In this document: piece after piece, positions 8,855 through 21,343 of the stretch | Numbering within the stretch: the stretch's first letter is position 1 | How the letters are laid out: each line of letters starts with the position of its first letter | Source of the DNA: an uncultured Gammaproteobacteria bacterium | Lineage (GTDB): Bacteria > Patescibacteriota > Microgenomatia > Levybacterales > GWA1-39-11 | Assembly (NCBI GenBank): GCA_964394645.1 | Contig: CAYMYC010000004.1 | Location: forward strand, 1,258-65,257 | DNA length: 64,000 bases | Direction of reading: 5' to 3' | Position numbers and translations under genes: made by a program | Notes under the pieces: model-generated | Database searches by the model: none | The model's input: only the letters and a program-made list of their open reading frames with translations | Told to the model about the DNA's origin: nothing

Positions 8855-10597
8855 ATGGATCCTGCCCAAACAAATCAACCGTCAACAAATCAAAATATTA
8901 AGCCTGAAAAAAATATTTCAGACATACTAATTGAGGAAGGGCTTCTTACGCCTGAACAATATAAAAGATTAACGGAAGAAGCATCTGCGCGTGGAACAAC
9001 AGTTGAACAATTGCTGCTTGAAACGAATATCATTAACGAAGAACAGTATTACGAGGCACGTGCCAAACTTACTGGAATACCGTTTGTCTCTGTTGCGACA
9101 CTTCCATTTTCGCCTGAATCGTTAAGTTTTATTCCCAAAAACGTTGCAGAACGCTTTCAGGTGGTACCTTTTTCATATGATAAGACAAAACTCTCTATCT
9201 CTCTTGCAATGGCCGACCCTCTTGACTTTGAAGCAATTAACTTTATTCAGCAAAAAACTGGAATGACGGTTATTGCATATCAGGCGATCCCCTCAGAAAT
9301 TGCTGAAGCAATAAAAAACGAATACAATATCGGGCTTATTGGTGAAGTTAAAGAAGCCTTAAAAGAAACAGAACAAATTTCTAAAGTAAAAACATTTGAT
9401 CAGGAAAGTATTGCAAAAGTTATAAAAGAAGCGCCAATAGCCAAAATTGTTTCGACCATCTTAGAATACGCAATTAAAAGCCGTGCATCAGATGTTCACA
9501 TAGAACCTCAAGAAGATCGAGTACGTGTACGGTACCGAATTGATGGAATTTTATATGAAAGACTTGCTCTCCCAAAAGCTGTCCAGGATGCTGTAATTTC
9601 CAGAATTAAAATCCTTTCTGACTTAAAAATAGACGAGAGAAGGACTCCACAAGATGGTAGATTTAACTTTAAATATTTAGATCAAGAAGTAGATCTTCGT
9701 GTATCTGTTCTTCCTACTACATATGGGGAAAAAATTGTAATGCGTCTTCTAAGAAAAAGCGGAGGAGTGCCTACTTTAACCGAACTTGGAATACGTGGAA
9801 CAGCTCAAAAAGAACTTGAAGCTGCTATTTCAAGACCGCATGGAATAATTATTGTTTGTGGACCAACCGGAAGTGGAAAAACAACAACTCTATACGCAGT
9901 GCTTTCAAGAATAAATACAACAAAAGTAAATATCTCAACACTTGAAGACCCTGTTGAATATCAAATACCAGGAGCCAATCAAGTACAAATAAATCCAGAT
10001 GTAGGACTTACATTTGCAAGCGGCTTGAGAGCATTTTTAAGACAAGATCCAAATATAATTTTAGTTGGAGAGATTCGTGATAAAGAAACTACAGACCTCG
10101 CAATTCAAGCAGCATTAACGGGACATTTGGTTTTCTCTACGCTTCATACATCAAATGCATCTGGAGCACTTCCAAGACTAATAGATATGGGCGCAGAAAC
10201 ATTCCTTTTAGCATCTACGATGACAGCAATTGTAGGACAAAGAATAGCTAGAAAAATCTGTCCAGACTGTAAAATATCCTACATCCCCACTCCCGAAGTG
10301 GTTTTAGAAATAAAACATGTACTTGGTTCATTAACACCTCAAGGAGAAATTCATTTATATAAAGGGAACGGCTGTGAGTCATGCGGACAGTCTGGATATC
10401 TTGGTAGAGTAGGAATTTATGAAGTGCTTACTGTAACAAATCAGATCGCAAAAATGATTCTAGAACGGTCCGACGCAAATTCCATAGAGCAAGAGGCAAA
10501 AAAAGAAGGCATGATTACCATAAAAGAAGATGGGTATCTTAAGGCTATAGAGGGCATAACCACTATTGAAGAAGTATTACGCGTTGCCCAAGACTAA
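8855..10597 (+). CDS. pilB: Type IV pilus extension ATPase PilB (GspE/PulE family)
   Basis: ASDVHIEP, GPTGSGKTT, LEDPVE, LRQDPNIILVGEIRD, tetra-Cys Zn motif. Confidence 0.92.
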   Translation: MDPAQTNQPSTNQNIKPEKNISDILIEEGLLTPEQYKRLTEEASARGTTVEQLLLETNIINEEQYYEARAKLTGIPFVSVATLPFSPESLSFIPKNVAERFQVVPFSYDKTKLSISLAMADPLDFEAINFIQQKTGMTVIAYQAIPSEIAEAIKNEYNIGLIGEVKEALKETEQISKVKTFDQESIAKVIKEAPIAKIVSTILEYAIKSRASDVHIEPQEDRVRVRYRIDGILYERLALPKAVQDAVISRIKILSDLKIDERRTPQDGRFNFKYLDQEVDLRVSVLPTTYGEKIVMRLLRKSGGVPTLTELGIRGTAQKELEAAISRPHGIIIVCGPTGSGKTTTLYAVLSRINTTKVNISTLEDPVEYQIPGANQVQINPDVGLTFASGLRAFLRQDPNIILVGEIRDKETTDLAIQAALTGHLVFSTLHTSNASGALPRLIDMGAETFLLASTMTAIVGQRIARKICPDCKISYIPTPEVVLEIKHVLGSLTPQGEIHLYKGNGCESCGQSGYLGRVGIYEVLTVTNQIAKMILERSDANSIEQEAKKEGMITIKEDGYLKAIEGITTIEEVLRVAQD

Positions 10598-10606
10598 CAA
10601 TTACAT

Positions 10607-11674
10607 ATGGAAATTTTAGAATTACTGGAAAAAACAGTTCAAAACAATGCTTCCGACCTACATTTAGTAGTGGGCGACGTGCCTGCTATAAGAATTGATG
10701 GAAGGTTAACATTTCTGAACACTTACCCACAGATAGAAAAAGCCGAAATGGAAACAATGATTGCAAGCATCTTAACCTCCCACCAAAAAGAATTCTTAGT
10801 AAATAACAGAAGTTTAGATTTTTCATACGCTTATGGTGGAGGAAATTTCGGAGACAGAGGAAGATTTAGGGTTAATTGTTATTATCAACGAGGAACACTT
10901 GCTGCTGCCTTTAGACTTCTTCCAACAAGAATCAGAACAATCGAAGAATTAGGACTTCCTCCGGTCTGTAGCACATTCTCAAAGTTGAGGCAGGGATTCG
11001 TTCTCGTAACAGGACCTACGGGACATGGAAAATCTACAACGCTTGCCGCAATTATTAATCAGATAAACGGCGAGCGCTCGTCAAATATTATAACAATTGA
11101 AGATCCTATTGAATATATGTACCCCAAGGGAAAAAGCATTGTCTCCCAAAGAGAGTTAGGTTCTGACACATTCTCATGGCATGAAGGTCTTAAGAGTGCA
11201 TTAAGAGAAGATATTGATGTAGTCTTAATTGGTGAAATGCGAGACCCTGAAAGCATCGCAACAGCTATCTCAATCGCGGAGACAGGTCATCTAGTTTTTT
11301 CGACTCTTCATACCAATTCCGCTGCCCAAAGCATTGATCGCATAATAGATTCATTTCCTGAAGCGCAGCAGGCACAAATTAGAGTACAACTTGCAGGAAC
11401 TCTAGCGGGAATTGTCTCTCAAAGACTTATTGAAAGAATTGATGCCGGTCGAGCAGTGGCCACAGAAGTCTTACTTGGAACAAATGCGGTTAGAGCTACA
11501 ATTAGAGATGGAAAAACACACTTACTAGACTCAATCATTGAAACCTCTCAAAATGAAGGCATGATACCTCTTGATGTCTCTTTGGCAAATCTAGTAAAAG
11601 ACGGAGCTATTGCACTTGATACCGGAAAAAGCTATACGCTTCATATGGATTCTTTCCTAAGACTACTTTCATAA
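10607..11674 (+). CDS. pilT: Type IV pilus retraction ATPase PilT
   Basis: ASDLHL, GPTGHGKST, IEDPIE, GEMRD, AETGHLVFSTLHT. Confidence 0.92.
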   Translation: MEILELLEKTVQNNASDLHLVVGDVPAIRIDGRLTFLNTYPQIEKAEMETMIASILTSHQKEFLVNNRSLDFSYAYGGGNFGDRGRFRVNCYYQRGTLAAAFRLLPTRIRTIEELGLPPVCSTFSKLRQGFVLVTGPTGHGKSTTLAAIINQINGERSSNIITIEDPIEYMYPKGKSIVSQRELGSDTFSWHEGLKSALREDIDVVLIGEMRDPESIATAISIAETGHLVFSTLHTNSAAQSIDRIIDSFPEAQQAQIRVQLAGTLAGIVSQRLIERIDAGRAVATEVLLGTNAVRATIRDGKTHLLDSIIETSQNEGMIPLDVSLANLVKDGAIALDTGKSYTLHMDSFLRLLS

Positions 11675-11680
11675 TTTACT

Positions 11681-12883
11681 ATGCGATATTCATACACAGC
11701 AGTAAACAATACAGGGGCAAAACAAAAAGGATTACTAGAAGCAAACAGCCAAAAGGAAGTAACAGACTACTTGAGACAAAACAACCTTACACCTATCTTA
11801 ATCAGAGAAGAACATGAAACCCATATTCCATTCTTAAACTACGTAAACCGTGTAAAGCAGGATGATATTGTTATTTTTACTCGACAATTGGCATCAATGA
11901 TCCAAACCGGTCTTACCCTAATTGAAGCTCTTACCATTTTAAAAGACCAGGCTCAAAAGACACAGCTGAAAGCTCTTCTTGCTGATTTAATAGCAAACAT
12001 ATCCGGAGGAAGTTCATTCTCTGAGGCTCTTTCTTATCATAGAGATGTTTTCTCTGATGTTTATATCGCTCTGGTTCGGGCAGCTGAAGCAGGAGGGGTA
12101 ATGGATAAAATACTATCCCGCCTAGCAGATAATTTAGAACGTTCTCAGGATTTAAAAAGGAAAGTAAGATCAGCACTTTTCTATCCACTTATAGTTGTTG
12201 TAGGTGTAGTTCTGGTAATTGTAGTCATGAATGTCTTTGTTATTCCTCAACTGTCTACGCTTTATGAGGGATTAAACGTAGAACTACCACTTACCACAAG
12301 AATTGTATTAGGATTTTCAAAACTATTTACAACGTTTTCTCCTCTCATGATAATTTTCATAATAGCTTGCGTCTTTTTATATAAACGGTTTTCAAAAAGC
12401 GGAACAGGGAAAGAACTTATTGACTCCTACAAACTAAAAATACCCGTTATCGGAAAAATTTTAGTTTTATCCATAGAAGACGAAATTGCTCGAACGCTGT
12501 CTCTTCTTATATCTTCTGGTACATCAATTTTGGAAAGTCTTCATATAGCTGCAAACGTTGCAGGAAACTACAAATACAAACAAGGAGTACTTTCATCAGC
12601 AACCTTAGTAGAGAAAGGATTAACTCTTTCAACAGCATTTGAACAACAGAATATATTTCCTGCAATTTTTATTCAAATGACAAAGGTAGGAGAATCAACT
12701 GGCAAGATTGATGAAAATTTAAATAAAGTTGCTGAATATTTTGAACGAGACCTAGAACTCAAAGTAAAAACGCTCACAACATCGATTGAACCTATATTGT
12801 TGGTGGTACTGGGTGTAACCGTAGGGTTTTTAATTATTTCAGTTATCTCTCCAATCTATGGACTTATTTCTTCAATTCAGTAA
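11681..12883 (+). CDS. pilC: Type IV pilus platform protein PilC (GspF family)
   Basis: FTRQLASMI, AEAGG, ALFYP, VGESTG, IEPILL. Confidence 0.92.
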   Translation: MRYSYTAVNNTGAKQKGLLEANSQKEVTDYLRQNNLTPILIREEHETHIPFLNYVNRVKQDDIVIFTRQLASMIQTGLTLIEALTILKDQAQKTQLKALLADLIANISGGSSFSEALSYHRDVFSDVYIALVRAAEAGGVMDKILSRLADNLERSQDLKRKVRSALFYPLIVVVGVVLVIVVMNVFVIPQLSTLYEGLNVELPLTTRIVLGFSKLFTTFSPLMIIFIIACVFLYKRFSKSGTGKELIDSYKLKIPVIGKILVLSIEDEIARTLSLLISSGTSILESLHIAANVAGNYKYKQGVLSSATLVEKGLTLSTAFEQQNIFPAIFIQMTKVGESTGKIDENLNKVAEYFERDLELKVKTLTTSIEPILLVVLGVTVGFLIISVISPIYGLISSIQ

Positions 12884-13409
12884 CTTCCCGATGAAAAGCA
12901 AAAGAAGATTTATAAGAAAATTTACCAGAATCCAACGTAACAAAATGAATTTTTTCTGTGTTTACTAACGCAGGTTTTGAATCTTTTTCAGTTTTTATGC
13001 CTCGCACGAACACATCAACTAAATCACAGACAACGTCTTTTGGTAAAACTATCCCAATCGCTAAAATAGAACTTTGTGTTCCGTCTGAGTTACCAGTCTT
13101 TGCTCTCCAGTCTTTTATTTTTTCCAACGTAGGATTGGCAACATTCTTCATCTCACTATGCAATCTTTTTCTAAAATGAGAGATCCCCTCGTTTGAGAGA
13201 TCTCTTGGAGAGAATGTTCTCATTTCCTCTGTAGGTCCACCAACTACACCTCCCAAAACAGAAGCGTTTTTCTTTCCCAAACCATTATTGTCTAAATAGT
13301 AAATACGTGTTATCCCATGATTATTTAAAACTTTCAATGAGGAGGGTGAATGAACTGAGGCATCTAGGGGGGTAGGCACTATAAAGATGTTTAGTTTTTC
13401 CTGTGACAT
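12864..13409 (-). CDS. Hypothetical protein
   Basis: 181-aa ORF with an upstream TTGCAT-16-TATAAT promoter; no recognisable motif. Confidence 0.55.
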   Translation of the reverse strand: MSQEKLNIFIVPTPLDASVHSPSSLKVLNNHGITRIYYLDNNGLGKKNASVLGGVVGGPTEEMRTFSPRDLSNEGISHFRKRLHSEMKNVANPTLEKIKDWRAKTGNSDGTQSSILAIGIVLPKDVVCDLVDVFVRGIKTEKDSKPALVNTEKIHFVTLDSGKFSYKSSFAFHREVTELKK

Positions 13410-13473
13410 ATTACAAATTCTTGTGAAGAACGCTATTATAGGGCATTATACAAAATATTTTACGTTATGCAAG

Positions 13474-13502
13474 TTGACACGTTTGTTTTTTTTCACTATA
13501 CT
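13474..13502 (+). promoter_or_regulatory. Sigma70 promoter upstream of gyrB
   Basis: TTGACA-17 nt-TATACT. Confidence 0.75.
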
Positions 13503-13510
13503 AACTTCAC

Positions 13511-13535
13511 AAGCGATAGTTTATATCGCTTTTTT
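13511..13535 (+). terminator. Terminator-like hairpin directly after that promoter
   Basis: AAGCGATA-gttta-TATCGCTT followed by TTTT. Confidence 0.55.
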
Positions 13536-13652
13536 AATTGGTCGATAGCTAGAAAATTTTGATATAATGAAACTAGTTCAAAAACAGTATTTCAGATACA
13601 CAAAAAGAAGTAGAATTGAATTTTTATGCACAAAGTTGAGATTTTCAAATAG

Positions 13653-15614
<1,962 letters not shown>

Positions 15615-15642
15615 CTAAATTTTAGGAGGTGAAAGAAATATT

Positions 15643-16149
15643 ATGAAATTAACAGCAGGAGACAAAGCACCAGAACAAGTAAACGTACTTATTGAAATCC
15701 CTTCCGGGTCATCAATAAAATATGAACTTGATAAGGATAGCGAGGTGGTATTTGTAGATAGGTTTCTACACACTGCAATGTATTATCCTTTTAACTATGG
15801 TTTTATCCCGGGAACACAAGCTCCAGATGGAGATCCGGTTGATGTTTTAGTTTTATCCGAACAATCAATAGCACCCGGCTGTGCCATAAAGGCAATACCT
15901 ATTGGATTTTTGGAAATGGAGGATGAAGAAGGGGTTGACGCAAAAGTAGTTGCTGTTCCACCCACAAAAATTGATCCATTTTATGGTACGTTCACATCTA
16001 TTGATCAAATACCTGAAGCATTGAGGAATAAAATTAAACACTTTTTTGAAAATTATAAAACACTTGAACCTGGGAAGTGGATTAAAATAAAAGACTGGAA
16101 AGGAAAAGAGGAAGCACTTGCGGAAATTACAAAAGGAATGAGTAAGTAA
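15643..16149 (+). CDS. ppa: Inorganic pyrophosphatase (family I)
   Basis: YPFNYGFIP, DGDPVDVLV, HFFENYK; strong SD AGGAGGTGA upstream. Confidence 0.95.
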   Translation: MKLTAGDKAPEQVNVLIEIPSGSSIKYELDKDSEVVFVDRFLHTAMYYPFNYGFIPGTQAPDGDPVDVLVLSEQSIAPGCAIKAIPIGFLEMEDEEGVDAKVVAVPPTKIDPFYGTFTSIDQIPEALRNKIKHFFENYKTLEPGKWIKIKDWKGKEEALAEITKGMSK

Positions 16150-16154
16150 TTACA

Positions 16155-16230
16155 AATTCCTAATTGACCTAATTGCACAAAGTCGATTTATAAAGATCGT
16201 AGTGTAGCAAAATTAGGTTAATTAGGAATT
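16155..16230. repeat. 20-bp inverted repeat / long hairpin between ppa and gyrA
   Basis: aattcctaattgacctaatt (16155-16174) versus aattaggttaattaggaatt (16211-16230), 19/20 complementary. Confidence 0.85.
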
Positions 16231-16249
16231 AAATAATTATCATAAAAAT

Positions 16250-18739
16250 ATGACCAATAATATTGGAAAACTTGAACAGGTAGAATTAGGAGTAGAGGCT
16301 CAGAAAGCGTACTTAGATTACGCAATGAGTGTTATTGTTTCTCGTGCGCTTCCAGATGTAAGAGACGGTTTAAAACCAGTTCATAGAAGGATACTTTTTG
16401 CTATGAATGAATTGGGTCTTAACCCCACCTCTAAATTTAAAAAATCAGCTACTATTGTTGGAGAAGTTATGGGTAAATATCACCCTCACGGAGATATGGC
16501 GATTTATGATACGTTAGTAAGACTTGCCCAAGACTTTTCAATGCGGTACCCCCTTATTCACGGACAAGGAAATTTTGGCTCAATGGATGGGGATAGTGCT
16601 GCTGCTATGCGTTACACTGAAGCAAAGTTAGCAGCAATCGCCGGAGAAATGCTCAGAGATATAGATAAAGAAACGGTTGACTTTACTCCAAATTTTGACG
16701 CAACAATTCAAGAACCAGTATACCTACCAAGCTTACTTCCTAATCTACTTCTTGCAGGATCTGAAGGAATTGCGGTAGGAATGGCCACAAAAATCCCTCC
16801 ACACAATTTAACTGAAGTCGTTGATGCCGCTATATTTCTAATAGGAAGAACAAAAGTTGAGAAATCAGAAACGGGGGGTGTGGCTTCACTTACGTCTGAT
16901 GTATCAATTGATGAATTAATTGACTATGTGAAGGGTCCAGACTTTCCTACAGGAGGAGCCATATTTGATATTAATGAAATTAAAAATGTTTACAGAACTG
17001 GACGCGGAAAAATCATCATTCGCGGAATTGCTGAAATTGAAGATATAGGACAAGGAAAAAGTGCAATCATCATCCGTGAAATTCCCTATCAAGTAAATAA
17101 GTCTGCATTAGTTTCAAAAATTGCGGAACTTGCAAAAGATAAACGAATTGAGGGAATATCAGATCTTAGAGACGAATCAGATAGGCATGGAGTCCGCGTG
17201 GTTGTTGAACTAAAAAGAGATGCAACTCCTAAAAAAATCTTAAACAACCTCTACAAGCTTACATATCTTCAAACTCAATTTCCGGCAAATTTTGTAGCTT
17301 TAGTTGATGGAGTACCTAAAACAGTAAATCTTAAAATTATTCTTGAGGAGTATGTAAAACATAGATTTTCAGTGGTAACACGTAGGTCAGAATTTGAACT
17401 AAGAGAAGCCCAAGCTAGACTTCACATTCTGGATGGGTTACTCATCGCAGTAAATAACATAGACGCAGTAATCAAGCTTATTCGAGAATCAGAAAGTGCA
17501 GACCACGCCAGAGGAAGACTCATGGAGCAATTTAAACTATCAGAAATTCAATCAACCGCAATTTTGGATATGCAGTTACGACGTCTTGCTGCACTCGAAC
17601 GTGAAAAACTTGAGGACGAATGGAAAATGGTCAAAGAACTTATTGACTATCTCAACTCAATACTTGGAGACTCAGTTAAAATGCTTTCAGTTATTAAAGA
17701 TGAAATTGAAAAATTAAAAGAAAAATTTCAAGACCCAAGACGCACAAGAGTATATAAATCTAAAGTTGATGAGTTTTCAGATGAAGACCTTATTCAAAAC
17801 GAACCTACCGTCATAACCATAACTCAATCAGGCTATATAAAACGACAAAGCATTACGTCTTTTAAAACTCAGCACAGGGGCGGCAAGGGGGTGTCAGGAA
17901 TGACAACAAAGGAAGATGACGCGATAGAACATATTTTATATTCTGAAACTCATGACTTCGTTTTATTTTATACAAATACTGGAAAAGTCTACCAAACACG
18001 AGTATTTGAAATTCCTGAATCATCCCGCGTTGCAAAAGGACAGGCTATAGTTAACCTGATTGATATGCCATCTGGTGAAACTATAAAATCGATTCTCACA
18101 TATAACCCAAAAGAGAAGGCTGCAAATAAATTTGTTTTAATGGCTACAAAAAAAGGTGAAATAAAAAAAACAGGAATTGATGAATTCAAAAATATCAGAA
18201 AATCAGGGATTCTTGCAATAAATATTCAACCCAATGATGAGCTATCTTTTGTTGATTTTACAAATGGAGACAATGATATCTTGCTTGTTACTAAAAGTGG
18301 AAAAATTATCTCTTTTAATGAGTCCCAAATCAGAGCAACAGGAAGATCCTCGATGGGAGTACGGGGCATTAAACTTGTCGGAAGCGACATGGTGGTAGCA
18401 GCTGACGTTCTTGAAAAAAATTCAAATAAAAATCTACTTGTTATAACGGAAAATGGGATTGGAAAGAAAACCCATGTTTCAGAATTTAGAAATCAGAATA
18501 GGGGTGGTCAAGGAATTCGCGTAGCAAATATCACTGAGAAAACAGGAGCAATAGTATTTTCAACGGTTATCTCAGACACGGCAAAAGAGGTAATCATTAC
18601 CTCCCTTAAAGGTGTTATTGTAAAACTTGATTTAACATCTATACCCCTTCTCTCAAGAAACGCACAAGGAGTTATCCTTATGCGTTTTAAAAATGCCTCA
18701 GATAAGGTCGCGACTGCAACTGCAGTTGAAGCAGAATAG
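16250..18739 (+). CDS. gyrA: DNA gyrase subunit A
   Basis: [24 protein letters not shown] catalytic Tyr, GyrA-box QHRGGKG. Confidence 0.97.
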   Translation: MTNNIGKLEQVELGVEAQKAYLDYAMSVIVSRALPDVRDGLKPVHRRILFAMNELGLNPTSKFKKSATIVGEVMGKYHPHGDMAIYDTLVRLAQDFSMRYPLIHGQGNFGSMDGDSAAAMRYTEAKLAAIAGEMLRDIDKETVDFTPNFDATIQEPVYLPSLLPNLLLAGSEGIAVGMATKIPPHNLTEVVDAAIFLIGRTKVEKSETGGVASLTSDVSIDELIDYVKGPDFPTGGAIFDINEIKNVYRTGRGKIIIRGIAEIEDIGQGKSAIIIREIPYQVNKSALVSKIAELAKDKRIEGISDLRDESDRHGVRVVVELKRDATPKKILNNLYKLTYLQTQFPANFVALVDGVPKTVNLKIILEEYVKHRFSVVTRRSEFELREAQARLHILDGLLIAVNNIDAVIKLIRESESADHARGRLMEQFKLSEIQSTAILDMQLRRLAALEREKLEDEWKMVKELIDYLNSILGDSVKMLSVIKDEIEKLKEKFQDPRRTRVYKSKVDEFSDEDLIQNEPTVITITQSGYIKRQSITSFKTQHRGGKGVSGMTTKEDDAIEHILYSETHDFVLFYTNTGKVYQTRVFEIPESSRVAKGQAIVNLIDMPSGETIKSILTYNPKEKAANKFVLMATKKGEIKKTGIDEFKNIRKSGILAINIQPNDELSFVDFTNGDNDILLVTKSGKIISFNESQIRATGRSSMGVRGIKLVGSDMVVAADVLEKNSNKNLLVITENGIGKKTHVSEFRNQNRGGQGIRVANITEKTGAIVFSTVISDTAKEVIITSLKGVIVKLDLTSIPLLSRNAQGVILMRFKNASDKVATATAVEAE

Positions 18740-18750
18740 AAACAATACAC

Positions 18751-19800
18751 ATGCAATCATTTTTAGTAAGAACAAGTATTCTTTTGTTATTTTCTCTTTT
18801 TTTTATAGTCCTTTTGTATGTTGTACTCTCAGATAAAAAAACTGGTGAACTTCCGGCTAGTGATAATAAATCAAATTTTGCTCCTCAGGAAAACCCCCTT
18901 TCGATTGTTGCTATGAGGAATCGTTCGTACCCAGGATCAGAATTAGTCATTGAAGAAGAATTGCCTGACGGCACAGACTACAAACAATACATAGCATCGT
19001 ATTTCTCTGATAATTTAAAGATTTATGGTCTGCTTACTATCCCTACAACAAAAAAACCAGAAAAAGGCTATCCTGCAATCATTTTTAACCATGGCTACAT
19101 ACCACCTAAGGAGTACAAAACAACTGAAAGATATGTTTCATATCAGGACTCATTTGCAAGAAACGGATATATTACTTTTAAATCAGATTATAGAGGGCAT
19201 GGAAACTCAGAGGGAACTCCTGAAGGAGCTTATTTCTCACCAGCATACACAATTGACGTATTAAATGCCCTTTCAAGCATAAAGAAACGACCAGATGTAG
19301 ATACAGATAATATAGGCATGTGGGGACACTCACTAGGAGGAAACATCACTCAACGAGCACTTACCGTAAACCCCCAAGATATACATGCAGCTGTTATATG
19401 GGGTGGAGTAGTCGGATCATATGAGGATATTTTTTCTGAATGGTGGAACAAAAGACAAGTTCCAACAATAACACCTAACAATCGTGAGCAACAATCCAAC
19501 AGACCAACTCGTCAAAATTTTATAAACACATACGGACAACCTAGCAAGGGCAATTCTTTTTGGATAGATATTTCGCCAACTACCTATACTTCTGATGTTC
19601 TCTCACCGGTACAACTTCATCATGGGCTAGCAGATGAAACAGTACCTTACTCACTTTCCCAAAAGTATTATGATGTACTCAAGGATAAAGGAAAAACAGT
19701 GGAAGCTTTTTATTATGAAAATAATGACCACAATATATCACAGTCCTTCAATCTAGCAATGGAGCGTTCGGTTGACTTTTTTGACAAATATCTTAAATAA
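18751..19800 (+). CDS. Membrane-anchored alpha/beta hydrolase (S9 peptidase-like)
   Basis: N-terminal TM, DYRGHG, GHSLGG nucleophile, HGLADETVP, His near the C-terminus. Confidence 0.85.
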   Translation: MQSFLVRTSILLLFSLFFIVLLYVVLSDKKTGELPASDNKSNFAPQENPLSIVAMRNRSYPGSELVIEEELPDGTDYKQYIASYFSDNLKIYGLLTIPTTKKPEKGYPAIIFNHGYIPPKEYKTTERYVSYQDSFARNGYITFKSDYRGHGNSEGTPEGAYFSPAYTIDVLNALSSIKKRPDVDTDNIGMWGHSLGGNITQRALTVNPQDIHAAVIWGGVVGSYEDIFSEWWNKRQVPTITPNNREQQSNRPTRQNFINTYGQPSKGNSFWIDISPTTYTSDVLSPVQLHHGLADETVPYSLSQKYYDVLKDKGKTVEAFYYENNDHNISQSFNLAMERSVDFFDKYLK

Positions 19801-19807
19801 TACATAT

Positions 19808-20353
19808 ATGCAGCTTCCAGAAAAATCTTCGTCCGTAGAGGAAAGGGTAGTGAAATTAATAATTTTTATTGGGGAGAGATTGGCTATTATCTTGTTTGCA
19901 ATTTTTGCAACAACACTTTTACTTACTAGCTTTACAACTCAAGCATTCTCAAAACAGGAGGAAGCAGAATTTGTAAAGCCAGACAGCAATTGGTATCAAA
20001 AAAATGTCACGCTTCCAACCCTGAAATCTGAATATAAATCAGTAGAATACACAATTTCAGAAGCTCAGATAACCCCTACACAATCTCCTAAGATAGTACA
20101 AATTAACTCTTTTGACAACAATATTTGGGAAAAACTAGCACAATGTGAAACACATGGAAATTGGAGTGCTGATACAGGAAATGGATATTACGGTGGGCTT
20201 CAATTCAATATGTCAGCCTGGGAAAGCACGGGCGGATCAGGAAATCCTGCACACGCATCAAAAGACGAGCAAATAATGAGAGGAGAAATACTTCAGGAAA
20301 AACGAGGCTGGGGTCCATGGAACACTTGTGCTAAAAAACTTGGGTTACTTTAA
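19808..20353 (+). CDS. Resuscitation-promoting factor (Rpf)-like transglycosylase
   Basis: WEKLAQCETHGNWSADTGNGYYGGLQF...EQI...GWGPWNTC; one TM. Confidence 0.9.
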   Translation: MQLPEKSSSVEERVVKLIIFIGERLAIILFAIFATTLLLTSFTTQAFSKQEEAEFVKPDSNWYQKNVTLPTLKSEYKSVEYTISEAQITPTQSPKIVQINSFDNNIWEKLAQCETHGNWSADTGNGYYGGLQFNMSAWESTGGSGNPAHASKDEQIMRGEILQEKRGWGPWNTCAKKLGLL

Positions 20354-20444
20354 AAATCTAATCTTGCACCTTTTTTGCCTCTACATTTTACTTAACTATT
20401 AAAAGCCCTGCGTACAAAAATCTTAATTTATGTATAATGTCTGT

Positions 20445-21284
20445 ATGGAATTATCAGGCAGAGTTCTTTCAGGACAAGTCTTGCAGGGAGTAAAAGAAAA
20501 AGTAGCAAAGCTTGCACAAAAAGGTATTATCCCAGAGTTAGCAATTATTACAGTAGGAACAGAAGAAGCATGGCTATCTTATGTTTCTCAAAAAATAAAG
20601 ACGGCTGAGCGTCTAGGTATAAAAACTTTTTTAACAAATTTGTCTTCAAAAAGCGAGGATGATCTGGTAAATGCTATACAAAAACTAAATAAAAACACCA
20701 ACATTCACGGCATTATAGTTCAACGCCCTATACCTTATGCACATACCAGAGAACGGATAGTAAACAGCATTGAAAAAGTGAAAGATATTGATGGATTTAG
20801 ATCCGATTCGTTATATATTGTTCCAGTATTGCTTGCTGTACAACATTTTATCAGAGAAGCATATGGAGTGATAACAGCCTCAGACTTTAAAAAAGTGTTG
20901 ATAAATAAAGCCGTTTGTGTGGTGGGGAAAGGGGAAACTGCTGGAGAACCAGTAATAAAATGGCTATCCACTCTAGGAGTAGCTTATACTATTATTGATA
21001 GCAAAACAAAAAACCCCTGTCAAGAGTTAAAAAAGGCTGACCTTATAATTTGTGCTGTAGGAAAGAGTGGAGTAATAAAATCTACCTGCCTAAAACGTGA
21101 TGTGGTACTTATTGGTGTGGGAACACATAAAGAAAATGGGGAAATCACGGGAGACTATAACATTGAAGATATAAAAAAAGTGGCGAGCATGTGGACACCA
21201 ACACCGGGCGGAGTAGGACCATTAAACCTTTCATACCTTTTTCAGAATCTAGTAACTGCAGCTGAAATACAAAACAAAGCATGA
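20445..21284 (+). CDS. folD: Methylenetetrahydrofolate dehydrogenase/cyclohydrolase
   Basis: YVSQK, HGIIVQRP, KDIDG, TPTPGGVGP. Confidence 0.9.
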   Translation: MELSGRVLSGQVLQGVKEKVAKLAQKGIIPELAIITVGTEEAWLSYVSQKIKTAERLGIKTFLTNLSSKSEDDLVNAIQKLNKNTNIHGIIVQRPIPYAHTRERIVNSIEKVKDIDGFRSDSLYIVPVLLAVQHFIREAYGVITASDFKKVLINKAVCVVGKGETAGEPVIKWLSTLGVAYTIIDSKTKNPCQELKKADLIICAVGKSGVIKSTCLKRDVVLIGVGTHKENGEITGDYNIEDIKKVASMWTPTPGGVGPLNLSYLFQNLVTAAEIQNKA

Positions 21285-21343
21285 GTATCCTAGAGTAATT
21301 GCATGCCTCGATTTTTTCTTGTCAAAACTATACAATAAGAAAT

